From the NCBI RefSeq assembly GCF_009914755.1, contig NC_060934.1: a DNA stretch of 64,000 bases; one strand, given 5' to 3'. The DNA comes from the human T2T-CHM13v2.0 reference genome, Homo sapiens. The position numbers and the translations under genes are program-made. The notes beneath the pieces are model-generated. The model saw only the letters and a program-made list of their open reading frames with translations. It searched no databases and was not told the origin of the DNA. Positions 45,731 to 61,130 of the stretch are shown in pieces (the stretch's first letter is position 1; each line of letters opens with the position of its first letter).

Positions 45731-46407
45731 TATCAGGTCTTTTCAAGCCATTAATGAAAGCATTGATTAGTTCTTAAATGATTTAAAGATAACTGTTTGA
45801 AAACGTTAAATGTCATAACTCTACCTCCAAATAATGTACCAAAATAAATTCAAATGAACCATTAAAAATTGAAATGTTAGAAAAGGACTTAAGTATTAGA
45901 AGAATATATAGGTGAGTACATAAACTCATGGAAAGGCTTTCTGAATATGACACCAGATACCCAAACAAAAAAGGAAAAAAAAGATGTACTACACTTAATG
46001 AAATTTTTAAAATTTCATTCATCAAAAAAATCACTATAATGTATAAGAAACATCTGTGTGGCCAACTTGGAGGAGGGACCAGGGTGCACTCCTCCCTTCT
46101 CCATATATGTGAGATCTGTCTGTGTGATTACATCTGATGTGCCCTTTTGGTGGCATCCAGAAAGCTGCACAGTGGTGGCTCTAACAACACATGCATCTCT
46201 CCTAATGAGAGAGCTCTCAATTATTATAAATTACTCAACATGATAAAGTTAAATTGGCTTTTAAACTACGCTGACATTATCACAAGAAATTTCAACATTA
46301 TATCTGTAAACAAAATGAAAAGCTGTTAGATTATTTTTTAGATATAGTTTCTACTATTATAAAGTTCTAGTATTTTTCTTAAACCACCACAAAAGAAATT
46401 TGAACAC

Positions 46408-46760
46408 TGCCTTAGTCTGCTTGGGTTACTATAGCAAAATGCTATCAACTGAGTAACTCATATATAACAGAAATTTATTTCTCACAACTCTGGAGGCTGG
46501 GAAGTCCAAGATCAAGGCAGACGCAATGTCAGTGAGGGCCCACTTTCTGATTCAGAAATAGCTCCTTCTAGCTGTGTCCTCATATGATGGAAAGAATGAG
46601 GGATCTCTTGGGAGCCTATTTTATTAAGGCACTAATCCCATTCATGAGACCTCCACTCATGATCTGATCACCTTTCAAAGATCTCACCTCCATCACCTTG
46701 GAGTTTAGAATCTCAACATACAAATCTGGGTTGGAGGACACACAAATTCAGACCATGGCA
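46408..46760. mobile_element. MLT1A-type MaLR solo LTR
   Basis: CTCACAACTCTGGAGGCTGGGAAGTCCAAGATCAAGG ... CACTAATCCCATTCATGAG ... ATTCAGACCATGGCA. Confidence 0.8.
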
Positions 46761-48356
46761 AAGACAAATGCCAAAATCGAAAACATATTTGCAACACTTA
46801 TGAAAGATAAGTGGTCAATGGCCTTAATGTAGAAAGAGTTCTTACTAATCAATAGGGAAAATAAATTAACATTACTTGGCACTCCTCTTCAAATGCTTCA
46901 TCTAAGGGTGGGGGCACTTGAAAGTGTTTGCAGTTATCTAAAGAAAGATACTTCTTTGTGTCACCCACAATTGCACGGTTTCATATATATATACTCAATG
47001 CTAAAGGGTAACTTGATAGCTATAAGATGGCAATCAGTGATACTGAACAGGTCTCTTCCACTGTGTCCCTCGGCCTTCCCATCAGCCCAGTGAGTAACTC
47101 GAATTAGATGAACTCCCCATTCCATGCCAGATCCTGTTTCCTATGACTTTGTTTTGGAGATATAATTTATATACTATAAAATTCACCGTTTAAAAGTGTA
47201 CAAATCCATGGTTTTTAGAATATTCACAAAGCTGGGCAACCATCACCACTGTCTATTTCTGGAAGATTTTCATCACCCCAAAAAGAAACCCATTAGCAGT
47301 CCCTCCCTATTCCCCGCTCTCTGCAAAACCTGGCAACCAATAATCTACTTCCTATCTTTGGATTTGCCTCTTCCAGATATTTCTTACAAATAGAATGCAA
47401 CATCTAGCTTTTTGTCCCTGACTTCTTTCAGTTACCATAATGTTTTCAAGGTTCACCCATGTTATAGCATGTGTCAGTACTCCACTCTTTTTATGAATTA
47501 ATAGTATTTCATTGTGTAAATATATATACTATATTTCATTTATCAGTTCATCAGCTGATAGATATTTAGGTTGTTTCCACATTTGGGCTATTACGAACAA
47601 TGACATTTTATGATGCCCAAGAGATGTCAGTGTGAGAAACAGAAGATGAAGGTGCAGTATGTGGGAAAGGCCCACACCGGTAAAGCAGATCCTTTTCCAA
47701 AAATCAATAGGTCTGTAGTTGGGAGTGTAAGCATTACTGCAAGACAAGCAAGGTCATCACCAGTTAATCCTAGAAGTATTCTAGTTCTCTAAGCCTGAAA
47801 ACTAAAAAGAAGCGTCTGTCAGAAGAGCCTCTGGCACACAGATGCAACCAGCATATGCCAGTCTCATAGGAGGTCCACAATAGGTGTTCTATGGATGCAG
47901 AAGAATCTATAGAAACAGCCCAAGAAGAGAGGCAGGAAGGTCTTTTTGTTTTGTCTTTTCTCCAGTGCAAATCCAGAAATCCACAGCAAAAGCCATTCTC
48001 AAGCCATGAGAAAACAACAAAGAGGAAGTTTTCATAATCCCTTTGCATCACAGTTTCAAAATTAGGCTATATTTCAAGTAACTGGTGGTCTGACACTTAG
48101 CCATATAAACTCAGGACCTGATTGAGGTGAAAGGATAACAGCAACAGAGCCACAGATCACTGGATTGTTTCAGTGGGCTCAGTCTCCTGCCTGTCTCAGT
48201 TTTCCCCAGTCGCCATCGTGTTACTGACCCAATAGAGAAGAGAGACTCCTAAGAGAGAGGGTAACCCAGAGACCTCATCCATGCCTGCCAGAATGCTTGA
48301 GGAAAAATTCTCTACTCAAAAGATAAAAATGAAGCCTTCTTTTGTGGTTTTTTCAG

Positions 48357-48564
48357 GAATCACCTTTGTGCCTGGGAGCCCCCAGCTGACTGCCAAGAAA
48401 ATTCGCTATCAATTACGCATGTCTAAGGCCCAGTGCATTGTGGCTAATGAAGCTATGGCCCCAGTTGTAAACTCTGCCGTGTCCGACTGCCCCACCTTGA
48501 AAACCAAGCTCCTGGTGTCAGATAAGAGCTATGATGGGTGGTTGGATTTCAAGAAGTTGATTCA
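48357..48564 (+). CDS. ACSM6: ACSM6 coding exon (GITFVPGSPQLTAKK...GWLDFKKLIQ)
   Basis: cag|GA ... CA|gtaagt, 208 nt, phase 1 to 2. Confidence 0.95.
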
Positions 48565-48612
48565 GTAAGTGGACACTGAATATGAGATGCTTAAATGAAG
48601 GAAATGTTTGAC

Positions 48613-48750
48613 TTTGAAAGATGATGATATATGAGAAAGTGGTGTGAGTGGTCAGAATGAAAAGCTGAATGGCAATTTCTATGCAAGATGAGATGATGTA
48701 TGAGAAGGTGGTGTGAGTGGTCAGAATGAAAAGCTGAATGGCAATTTCTA
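48613..48750. repeat. two-copy tandem duplication, 69-nt period, just after the ACSM6 exon 4 donor
   Basis: ATGAGAA(A/G)GTGGTGTGAGTGGTCAGAATGAAAAGCTGAATGGCAATTTCTA repeated, ending at 48681 and 48750. Confidence 0.9.
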
Positions 48751-48919
48751 GTCCTGAAAAAAGCAGAGTAACCCCCAACACAAGCATCCCTGGTCTGACC
48801 TACAAGTTCCCAGTCTGAGTGAAAGTCTTATGTTCTGATTCATATGTAACCATTCGTTCTGAAAGGATAAAAAATTAGGTAATATAAATATAAACATATT
48901 ACAAAAAACATAACAAAAA

Positions 48920-49630
<711 letters not shown>

Positions 49631-49717
49631 AGTAAACCTCACCCTCACTGGGATATGGGGAAATACTTATTAAAATAGCGAGATGATGCCATGTTCATCC
49701 TCAAGTTAGCCAAATAC

Positions 49718-50020
49718 AGTAGTGCCCCCTTATCTGTGGCTTTGTTTTCTGCGGTTTCAGTTACCTGTGGTCAACTACCGTCCAAAATAGGTGAGTACAG
49801 AGATCACATTTGCATAACTTTTATTACAGTACATTGTTATATTCTATTATTTGTTTTTGTTTTTAATCTCTTACTATACCTAATTTATAAATTTAACTGC
49901 ATCATAGGTATGCATGTATAGGAAAAAGCATAGTGTATATAGGGCTTAGTACTATTGATGGTTTCAGGCATCCACTGAGGGTCTTGGGACACATCCCCCA
50001 CGGATAAGGCAAGACTACTA
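49718..50020. mobile_element. MER44-like (Tigger) MITE
   Basis: terminal inverted repeats CAGTAGTGCCCCCTTATCTGTGG ... CCCCACGGATAAGGCAAGACTACT. Confidence 0.7.
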
Positions 50021-50080
50021 AATTAAGTTTGATAATTATAAATGTGGTCTTTAGAGGGCAGTATTTCAGTGTCCAGGGAT

Positions 50081-50118
<38 letters not shown>

Positions 50119-50744
50119 CAGTAAACGAGACAGTCAAACCCCGACCCTCATGGATTTTATATTATAGACAACAAATAGACAACAAGAAAACACATAAATT
50201 ATCAATATAATAAAGTTTCCAAAAGAAACTCCAAAACAAAACAGGCAAATTAAATAAATTGGTCTGATGTGGAGATGGGGGAATGATTTTAGATTTGGTG
50301 ACTTCTGAGGTGAGGATAAGCTGAGATTTGAATATGACAGAGCTAGCCTTTGGAAGCTCTGAGGGAACACTGTCCCTTGCAGAGGGAACTCAGAGGTAAA
50401 GGACCTGAGGTGGGAGCGAGCTTAAACTGTGTGAGGAACAGAAAGAACACCAGGGCACCTGAAGTGCGGAGAGTGGGGAAGAGAGTAGCAGGAGAGGAGG
50501 CCGAAGCGCAAGGGAGGGGAAGACTGCGGCAGGTCTTGGAGGTCATGTAGGAGTCGTCTAGGAAACACTAAAGGGAAGGACTTGATCTCAGCCACAATTG
50601 TGAAACTCCCTCAACTGCTGTCTGAAAAATGGGAGACAAGAGAGATAGTAAAGGGACCCAGGAGAAGGCTGTTGCTGTCGTCCAGATGAGAGGCCGTGCC
50701 GGTGTGGACCATGGTGGTGGCAATGGAGACAGGACCGAAAACAA

Positions 50745-51390
50745 GCCAGGCAAATGAGGAACTCACCTCAGGCACAAAATGTAAAAGGGCACTGAAAAAT
50801 CCAGTGATCGAGGGAAATAATATTTTAATTTTAAAATAATTTTTAATTAAATTATGAAATAATTTTTATAACTGAAGTTTTAAATTTCCACAAATATTTA
50901 TTTTATATATTTATGTAATGTTTTCATAATTTATAATTTTATAAACTGTATACTCTTTTCAATTGAATAATTTAATTTTTTTTAATTAAAAAAATCAAAT
51001 TGGTAAACTTCTCATGACAGACCAGCTGCCTATTTTTATAAATAAAGTTTTATTGGAACCAGGGACAGGACTGGGCTGACAGGTAAGGTGAGTCATGCAA
51101 GTGCCTATCTGGATTATAGGCTGTGTGAGGACTGCATCTTGAAGCCGGCCTGAATCCCATTCCTAAATCATACTGGGAATATTTGAACAGTTTGGAAGTG
51201 TTGTTGTCCTGTCTTTGTTTTAAATTTCAATATTTTGTTTATCATGGATTTTTACATTAGTTTTCATTATTTAAAAACATTTCACTAAAATATTATTTAT
51301 CTTGACTACTGAATTTGCTGGTATCCCCTTAAATATCACAATGTTTGTGGCAAATGTTTCACTCACTCCACCTTAGTCCCATCCCTGGTT
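50745..51390. mobile_element. palindromic hAT MITE (MER96B-like) nested in an L2 fragment
   Basis: AAAAATCCAGTGATCGAG..AATAATATTTT on the left is mirrored by AAAATATTATTTATCTTGACTACTGAATTT on the right; family name tentative. Confidence 0.5.
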
Positions 51391-51806
51391 AGGGATAGTG
51401 AAGAGAGAGAGACTTGTGACATGTTTTGGAAGTAGAGTTGTCAGGGCTTGGCAATGGTTAGGATGTGGCACAGATAGCTAGGTAGGTAAGTCGATAGATG
51501 GGGAAAGAGGAACAATAATGATTACTACAGATTTTTGACTTGAGCAATTGAATGAATAAAGAGGGTCTTTTACTGAGAAAAATAAGGCTGGCGTATAAAT
51601 GCATCATATATTTCTTATGCAACAAAAATTAATGCAAAAAAAATTTAAGGGAAAAATGGCAGCTGCCCCTCTAACAAATAATCCTCAAATATATCAAGAT
51701 ACCAGCTGTTATTTTTTAAAATCAGAGATTACCAAACCCAGGGCCTAGGCACTTAATCAGCGAACCTAAATTTAGATCTCACTGTTGCCTCTTTCCTGGC
51801 TTACAG

Positions 51807-51950
51807 AGTTGCCCCTCCAAAGCAGACCTACATGAGGACCAAAAGCCAAGATCCAATGGCCATATTCTTCACCAAGGGTACAACAGGAGCTCCCAAAATG
51901 GTCGAGTATTCCCAGTATGGTTTGGGAATGGGATTCAGCCAGGCTTCCAG
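51807..51950 (+). CDS. ACSM6: ACSM6 coding exon with AMP-binding P-loop (FFTKGTTGAPKM)
   Basis: cag|A ... AG|gtacgg, 144 nt, phase 2 to 2. Confidence 0.95.
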
Positions 51951-53034
51951 GTACGGTTCTCGCACAGCCTGTACAGGCCTGAAAGTTGTTCTCTTGCAGG
52001 TAAAGGGAGCTTCATGGGACTAAAGCTAAGAAAGGAGTTTCTTACTCAAGACTGCAGAAAGTGTCAATATTGAGAGAAGGAACAGGGCTGAGGGCCCCAA
52101 AAGATGAAAAGCAAATTACTATAGTTCAAAATTCTAAGAGTAAGCAGGAGGGAAAAGAGGAAGAGCAGGGATTCCATGCAGTAGGTGAGGGATCCAGGAT
52201 GATCACCCCAAAGACACACTGTGGGATGTTACTTGTTTTTCTATGCTACCAGCACCAGGGTGAACAATTGTGTTGACCACTATATGTAGTGATAAACACA
52301 GAGGTAGAGTCATAATTGATAAGGGGTTTGGGTTCTAGAGTCAGCCTCTAAGATGAAAATCACATGTCATCACACCACCCCTTTTTTAAGAAAATTAGTT
52401 AAGTAGCTCATGGGTATCTCTCGGCAAATTCAAAGGGCACTGAAACTGATTTCAATCTCTTTGGTTGAACATGCAATGAAGTAGTTGGCTTGCACTTGTG
52501 TTAGCTTGGTTTGTCTGGGGTTAAGTTTCCCCACCTTACATTCAATCCTGCCTTAGACAAATGGTTGTGTGTTGTTACTCCACCCTCAAGTTCTCTTAAC
52601 AAACTACACAAAGGTCCCTTAGCGGAAATAGGTGTATGTTCCTCACCTTCACCTCAAAGTCTTTGACTCTCATAAGCAACAACGGCCAGTAGATATCAGG
52701 TAGAGAAATAAAACAGGGGAAGCTGAGATCACTGACTTAATCAATCCATTAATTAATAAAAGTGCCTACTGGATTAATTAATTTAATTAATTAATAAACT
52801 TCTGAGACCCCTGAAAGCCATAAAACCTGGAAGGCAATGCCATGCCAATTAAGACTGATACTGAAAAAATTTAAGGAGTCCATTGGCCTCATGACCTCAT
52901 AAACAGGCTTTGCCTGTTTTCATTTGTGTGATCTTTGTTTCTCCCCACAGGTCAGGGCTTGATAATAGCAAGTATTATTGTTGTTGCTAGTACCAGCACG
53001 AGAGAATTCAAATGGCTTTCCTCTTTCTCTTTAG

Positions 53035-53191
53035 ACGGTGGATGGATCTCCAGCCAACAGATGTCTTGTGGAGTCTGGGTGATGCCTTTGGTGGATCTTT
53101 ATCCCTGAGCGCTGTCTTGGGAACTTGGTTCCAAGGAGCCTGTGTGTTTCTGTGTCACATGCCAACCTTCTGCCCTGAGACTGTTCTAAAT
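53035..53191 (+). CDS. ACSM6: ACSM6 coding exon (RWMDLQPTDVLWS...PETVLN)
   Basis: tag|A ... AAT|gtaaga, 157 nt, phase 2 to 0. Confidence 0.95.
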
Positions 53192-54014
53192 GTAAGATCA
53201 ATTCCTAGTGTGGAATGTGTGGGACAAAGGCCAGAGAGAGGCATTAGCAATGACCCAGTGACTCATGCCCAGAATGGGGCAAATCAAGAGTTAAATTTGG
53301 AATGTGATCTTGACTTGAAGATGCTCTCCCTGCTTGTGAGAGCAATGCTCTCTCTCTTCCCTAGGGGCTTTGCAATTAGGAAGACTTGGCTACTTCCATT
53401 GTATCACTGAGAAGGAAACTTTTAAAAGACAATAGTGATATTGAGGAAGATAATATTAATATCAGTTATCATTTACTGATTACTTACTGGCACTTCATAT
53501 GGATTATTTCATCTCCCCAAGAACCCTGTGAGGGAAGAACTGGGGAAACTGATTCTCACAGAGGTTAAGTAAGTAGCCTAAGGAATCACAGAGGCAGAAC
53601 TAGGAATTAAACTGTGGTCTACTGAACTCCACAGCACAATTTCTACACTGCTGTGCTAACCTCTCAACTGCTGCACAATCCACAATTTTGCTGGCAACAT
53701 CTAGGCTTATTATTTAAAGCGACAAAGATCAAAACAAGGCTTCTTGGATCCAGAAGTAAATGCCTCGCTGTGTATGCATTCGGTTATCAGTGATTAATAT
53801 GATAGCTCCTATGTTCACAGAGCTAAAGCTAAATTCTCTCCCAAGGTGTGGAAGGTGGGGAATCACTAAGTCTTTGAGATAAAAGGCATCCCCAAGCTGA
53901 GTTTCAAAGTCTGTGACCCTCTTCCCTGGACTTTCCCGCCTGGACCCCTGCCACAGTCTCACTGTCTCTCCCACCTCACATGCAGATTTTGTTTTTCCTT
54001 CCTTTGGGGCCCAG

Positions 54015-54097
54015 GTCCTGTCCAGATTTCCCATCACCACTCTATCTGCAAATCCAGAGATGTACCAGGAACTGCTTCAGCACAAGTGTTTCACCAG
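54015..54097 (+). CDS. ACSM6: ACSM6 coding exon (VLSRFPITTLSANPEMYQELLQHKCFT)
   Basis: cag|GTC ... AG|gtaaga, 83 nt, phase 0 to 2. Confidence 0.95.
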
Positions 54098-56010
54098 GTA
54101 AGAGAGGATCCCTCAGGAGAGAGTCCATTTCCACTCATGGTACCATAAATAAAATTAGGACCCCTTAATTTGTTGAAGTAGATCCAATCTTACCCTCCGG
54201 TAACACACTTGTCTTGTTGCCATTCATGACAACAACTCCATTAGTGTGTGTGATTTTTTATTCCCTTGCAACTTGAAATCCATATCTTAACCCAGAACAT
54301 AAAATTAAATTATAATTAGAAGGTTGAGTTTGTTAAAAAATTTATAATTATACCTCCCTTTAAAAAGATAAACATTAAAGACAAATATACTACCTTTAAT
54401 TCAAAAAGTAAATATTAACCCATTTCCCATTTTGAAGAAAAAAAAATGTGTAATTCACCGCCAGCACTCATTTCTCAGAGCAAACGGGAAATGAGTTATA
54501 GACAAAGACCACCTTCTCTCTTGGATATGAATTCTTCTAGGCCTTTTTAAAACAAATTTATACCTATGTGTATCTACCTATCCATCTATCCCAAAAGAAA
54601 CATATTATGATATTGGGGTGGGATTATATAGATGGTATCTGTTTATATCATAGTGAAACTTGCATTTTTTTCACACTATTCCTTAAAGCTCTATTTATGA
54701 TAATATGGGTAATACATTTTTAATCATTGCATAGTATTCTTTAGTATGAATGAATTGTACATTAATAAGCCAAGTACCTATCAAAGATAGTTGAATCTTT
54801 TCTAAGCTGCTGAAATGAGCATCATTGCACACACCCCACAATTCCCTAGGGTACCAACTAAGAAGTAGAATTGCCAATCATCATCGATAAAGATTAATGA
54901 GAAATCACAGGTTCTCAATCATTGTATCAAGCCTTAGTGTTTGCTAAATAATCATTTAAGTGTAAATTTCATTTTAGCTATGTGGGCAAGGACATAAACT
55001 CTACAGAAGGAAACAACCATGGTAGCAAACAATACCACCGTATTAAATTATGTTGACATGAAGGAACGCCTAGTTCATTGGCATTTTGTGGAGCAGTTAA
55101 AAATCGCTATGATTAAATATGGTATATCTTTATTCAGCAACATTCCATCTCATATAAAATGTTCAGATTATTTCTTAAACCCTTAAAAGCACTTAAAAAT
55201 TTTAAAATAGTCATCTCTCGCTTATACCCTGAAATTAATAATATAAAGGCAATGATGTAATGGTATATTTGGGATTAATTCAGAATCAGTTCTCCAATTT
55301 TGATCTTGCTTAGTCTTGGGACCTAACTGGGCAGGCAGTTATTATCTAATACAGATGAGCTACCACATTACCATTAATATGGTACATTCATGTATTCAGA
55401 ATATACAGGGTCACTGCCTCTATCTGAGACCATAAAAAGTTTTGCTATAATCTTCCCACACTTGACCCTTCCACTGGACATCACCAAAATCAAATAAACA
55501 TAAAATGAATTGTGGGTTTATAAAAAATGCTCACTACTATTCTATTATGTTGGGGCGCTGTGGAAACTTATAATATCTAGAGATTTTGAGCCTAGTTTAT
55601 AAAATTAGTGGCTCTCTTTCCACCTCCAGACTTCAGAAAATTAGTTCCTTTTTTACCTTACCATTGCTGACACATCCTTCACAAACACTTCTGGCTTTGG
55701 GAGAGGTAATAAAACTCAGAAGGGTTTCTGCAGAAGGCTGGCTTCCTGCCATCAGTTAGCACTGGTTGATTTGCTTTTAACATTAATGCCGCTTGTCCAG
55801 AAGAGTAAATGAGAGTCTTCATGGAGATTGATCTAACTGGGGTGTCTGAATAGATTATCTAATAGAGTAGTATTAAGAACATCAACCACCACTTAATGAG
55901 CATTTCCTGTATTGGAATATCTGCATCATTTTTCCAAGATTCTTTCTAACAGATCTGTTATTGGTAGAAATATTCCCTGAGGCTAAGAACAACTTTTGAT
56001 GCCTCTCCAG

Positions 56011-56134
56011 CTACAGATTCAAGAGTCTGAAGCAGTGTGTGGCTGCAGGAGGACCCATCAGCCCTGGGGTGATTGAGGACTGGAAACGCATCACTAAGTT
56101 GGACATCTATGAAGGCTATGGGCAGACGGAAACT
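56011..56134 (+). CDS. ACSM6: ACSM6 coding exon (YRFKSLKQCVAAGGP...IYEGYGQTET)
   Basis: cag|C ... ACT|gtaggt, 124 nt, phase 2 to 0; adenylation motif YGQTE. Confidence 0.95.
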
Positions 56135-56846
56135 GTAGGTTGATGCTGACTCACTATTTAGCCAGAAACCAAACTTGCCCATTCACTGTGTAAGCACACT
56201 GTCAGAGCACTAAGCACGCACTAGAAATGCACAACTGGATCTTAAGCACAGGAAGAGGAAATGGCTTAAACTAGGGAGACCCCTCTTCCATGATAAGACA
56301 AAGAATTACAGGTACAGATAACTTACAGATTTACAGATTTCACAACAGAAACTTGAACTAGTTTCCACCTGACAATTCCTGCCCTCTTTGTGGAGTATAA
56401 GGCAATATCATGTGATAAGAATGAAAAAATCATGGGGTACAAGTCTGAGTGGAGGATGTTTAAAATTATCACTGCTGAAAATGGAAGAAAGAGTAGATTA
56501 TGAAAATAAAGGAGAAATGGGTTATGATAAGAGCACATTTGAGGTTGGAGAGCATTAATCTTCAAAGTCACTAACTATTTAGTTGTGTCATTTTCTCCAA
56601 TATCACTCTAAAACACAGATGAAAAGCATGGTAAAAGTGGACAGTTAGATTGGAACAGGATTAACATTTTGCCAAGAAGGTGCAATAAAAGGGCAGCAGG
56701 CAAGGGATATAGGGATATTGGCATTAAGATGAAAGACTAAGAAACTAAGCTGATCAGAGAAGGAAGGGAATTCAAGAAAAGGCAGATCAGTGGTGAGAAG
56801 ACAAGGCACTGGAGATGTCAATGGAGCTGGAAGGACTGAAGATAAT

Positions 56847-57545
56847 TGTCTTAGTCTGCTCAGGCTGCTGTAACAAAATATCATAGATTGAGTGGCTTAA
56901 ACAACCAAAGTTATTTTTCTCACAGTTCTAGAGGCTGGAAGTCCAAGATCAGAGTGCCAGAAAGGCCGGGTTTTAGGAAGAGTCCTCTTCTAGGTTGCAG
57001 ACTACCAACTTCTCATGGTGTTCTCACGGACAGGGAGAGAGAGAGAGACCAAGCTCTTTCCAAGCTCTTTAGTGTCTTTCAGTTTGTTTGTTTGTTTTTA
57101 AAGAGAGGCAGGGTCTTGCTTTATTGCCCCAAACTAGAGTGCAGTGGTGTGACCATAGCTCCCTGCAGCCTCAAACTCCTGGGATCAAGAGATTCTCCAA
57201 CCTCAGCCTCTCAAACAGTTGGGACTACAGGTGTGCACCACCATGCTTGCTATTTATTTTATTTTATTTTTTAGCACAGACACAGTCTTGCTATGTTGCC
57301 CAGACTGGTTTCAAACTCCTGGCCTCAGGGACCTTCCCACCTCAGCAACCCAGCATATCCAAGATGACAGACACAATTCACTGTGCCCAGCATCTCTTCT
57401 TATAAGGGCACTAATCCCATCATGAGGGTGCCACCCTCATGACCTCATCTAAACCCAATGACCTCCCAAAGGCCTCATCTCCAAATACCATCACAGTGAG
57501 CAGTAGGGAATTAGCACATAAATTTTGAGGAGACACATCACACTC
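56847..57545. mobile_element. MLT1A-type LTR interrupted by an antisense AluJ (~57085-57392)
   Basis: TGTCTTAGTCTGCTCAGGCTGCTGTAACAAAATATCATAGA ... TCTTATAAGGGCACTAATCCCATCATGAGG. Confidence 0.8.
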
Positions 57546-58225
57546 CCTGGAGATCAGGATCAAGGAAGGAAGAGACTGGGGGTAGAACTGATCATTCATA
57601 TGGCTGCAGGAGGCACTAGGGATGACAGCGGGACCTGGAATCAAAGGAAAGATAATGAACCTCATGCTGAAGGCCTTAACGGATAAGGAATGACTGAGAG
57701 GTTGGTAAATTATAGACAACAAAGAGTGGTATAGGGTGGTAAATGTAAATGGCATGAATCTCAAAAAGACAAGGGAATTGCACATAGCGTCAGAGAAGTA
57801 ATGGTCAGAAGGTGGTATTGGGAGCTCAAAAGATGCCAAACCCAAGGAATATAAAAGGATCAACATCCCCCACTTGAAAAAAATAAGTAGAAACCTCTTC
57901 CCATGGAAGAGCCAGGTCTCTGGAAAGGTAACTGATGAAGAGAACATCCAGTAAAGAGGATATAGATGTGGATGTAGAATAGTTCCTTAACCACTCAATT
58001 GATGTTCTATCTAGACACCATGTGAAAAGTTTCTGGAAGGAAAGAGTCAGGGAACAAACAGTCCTGTTCCTGCAACATGAGGATGAAAATAAGCAGAAAA
58101 GCTTATATGATGGAAACACCACAGATAAGAATGTAGAGCTGGTACCTTAGGCTGGTGGCCAAATTTTTACATGAATTGGTTTCAGTGTTTTCCAGGTAGA
58201 TAGGAACAAAAGAAAATAGAGAAGT

Positions 58226-58718
<493 letters not shown>

Positions 58719-61049
58719 TTATATATTACTACTGTTTTTATTAATTATACTAAGAAGGGAATTCCATAATCTTGGTAACACCAAAGCCTTTTTATAGGAC
58801 TTAGTTCTGTCATACGTCCAAAAAAAATTCTTTGGTGACTAAGAAAACCTCAGACTGTGTGGGAGAAGACAAAACAGCCAAATTCATAGCCTAGGCTCTG
58901 GGGAGAGGTCTATAGTTTGAGGACCCTGGTGGAGCTATGTAGTTCCATATGGCTCCAGAAACATCCTCACTTAGAAAGCTAAAGAAAATTCAGAACACAA
59001 GGTTCAAATCTTTGAGACCTCATAGTCAAGCTCACGCTTGGTACGCAAGTTACAATTCAAAACTGTAAAAGAGGGAACTTGAGAAATGATCAAATTCTGT
59101 CTCAGATTCTGTCTATACTACACTCACAGATCCATTTAATTACATCCAAAGAGTTGACATTTTCAGCACCCAGGACTCATTGCATTGTATTTCCCCACTG
59201 ATCTCAGGTTGTGAATGATTCTGTCTAGCAAGAAAACAGCACATCTTAGGCAGTAATGATTTTGGCTTTATCTTTCTTTTTATGAAATACAAATATAACT
59301 GACACTCAGAACATCTGAAATAAGGCAAGGTTGATACACTAAGTTGATATGACTCCAGCAACACCTAATAAACTTGGCATTTTTAGTTAGTCACACAACC
59401 TGCATGGGAGAAAATGTACATCTTCCATTTAATTGTAATGTACTGGCAATAGCTAAGGAGTCTTGTGTTTTGTGAGCATTATTTGGGATGCAAGTGATGG
59501 AAACATATTTCAAACAAGCCTGAGCAAAAGTGGAAATTATAAGTCCATTTTGCTGGGAATAGCTTCAAGGCTTACGGAATCAAGACTGGAGAGGCCAAAA
59601 CACCAGGACTAAAAAAACTCTTAAAACATCAGCTCTCTCTTTCTCTCCCTCTCAATTGCTCCATCTGCTTTTTTCTCTGAGTTGTTCTCTGATGAGTTTC
59701 TTCCACAAAGCAGACAAGATTAACACCAGCAACTCTGGAGTCACCACTCCTTCAGACAAGATCAAAATAGCCCTACTTCTACCTCTACTTTGGAAAATTC
59801 TTGGAACAGACTCTGATTGTCCATGCTTCTGTCATATGCTTTTCCCTTGGACTATAACTTAAGGGGCCTAACCTGAGACATTTGTTCATGCCAAAAAGTG
59901 GATCTACAGAACCATGATTAATAGTCCCACCAGATTAGATGAAGGGAAGGAGGAGTTCTTAAAGGAACCATAAAACTAGTTACTGCGGTACACTAGAGAG
60001 AGATTACTATGGCCATCCTCAAAAACATTCAGAATCTGGGGGCTCCAATTTGTTAGCATGTAAACACAAGAAAATATTAAGTCTCTTTCCGTGTAAGACA
60101 CAGCAATAGGTACTGGAAAAATAACTATGTAGAAGACAGAAATAATTCCTGTTCTAGGCTGGGAACAGTGGCTCATGCCTATAGTCCCAGCACTTTAGGG
60201 GTAAAATTCTAATAAATAAAATTTTCTCCATCCCATTACACCCATGGTTGACTCATCCAAGATCCAGTTCTCATGTCCTCCAAGGTAGACCTCTGTGCCC
60301 TCTTTGGGGTGCCCTGCATGTATGCTGAAGTATTTCTCAGCAGCCAACAATTACTTATTTTTGAGACATTTATTATTGAAAATCTCAAAAGACAAAAATA
60401 GACAAAACTGTATTTGAATTCCCATGCATCCACTGCCCATTTCATCAATTATTACCTAATCCTGTTTTATCATTACTCCTCTACAATCCCAAAAACAATA
60501 TTTTCTCATAAATAGCTTTAGTATATTTTAAAAAAAAGCACTAAAAAACAAACATATTCTCCAATTATACCTGAAAGTTAACAGTAATTGCCTTTTATTA
60601 ACAAATATCTACCACTGACATTTTCATCCATCATCTAAGTCATGCATGTTTTCTTGCTACCATTTGTTCCAATTAAGCACACACATTGTGGCTAGTTGGT
60701 AAGACTTTTGTGTATCTTTTAATCTATGAATTTCCTCATTACCTTCTTTTTTCCTTGAATTTGTTATTTTAAAAAACTGAGTTGTTGGTTCTTTTGAATA
60801 TTTCACAGCCTGGATTTTGCTAATTGCAGTATGGTTTACATGTTCTTCTGTTCCCCTGCATTTCCTGTAAATTGACCTAGAGGTTAATTTAGTCACACTC
60901 CTGCTCGATTTTTTTTTAATCAAGATTACTTGTTAGACTGTGTAATGTTGTTCTGTTAGGAGGCACATAATGTCTGGTTATGATCAATAACTAGATCCAT
61001 TAATTTATTGCTTTTTTAAAGAAAAACTTGTCTGCATTTCTTTGAACAG

Positions 61050-61130
61050 GGTCTACTCTGTGCCACTTCCAAAACAATAAAATTGAAGCCAAGCTCTCTG
61101 GGGAAGCCATTGCCACCTTATATTGTCCAG
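61050..61130 (+). CDS. ACSM6: ACSM6 coding exon (GLLCATSKTIKLKPSSLGKPLPPYIVQ); gene continues beyond the window
   Basis: cag|GGT ... CAG|gtagga, 81 nt, phase 0 to 0; total spliced CDS in window 1200 nt with no stop. Confidence 0.93.
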
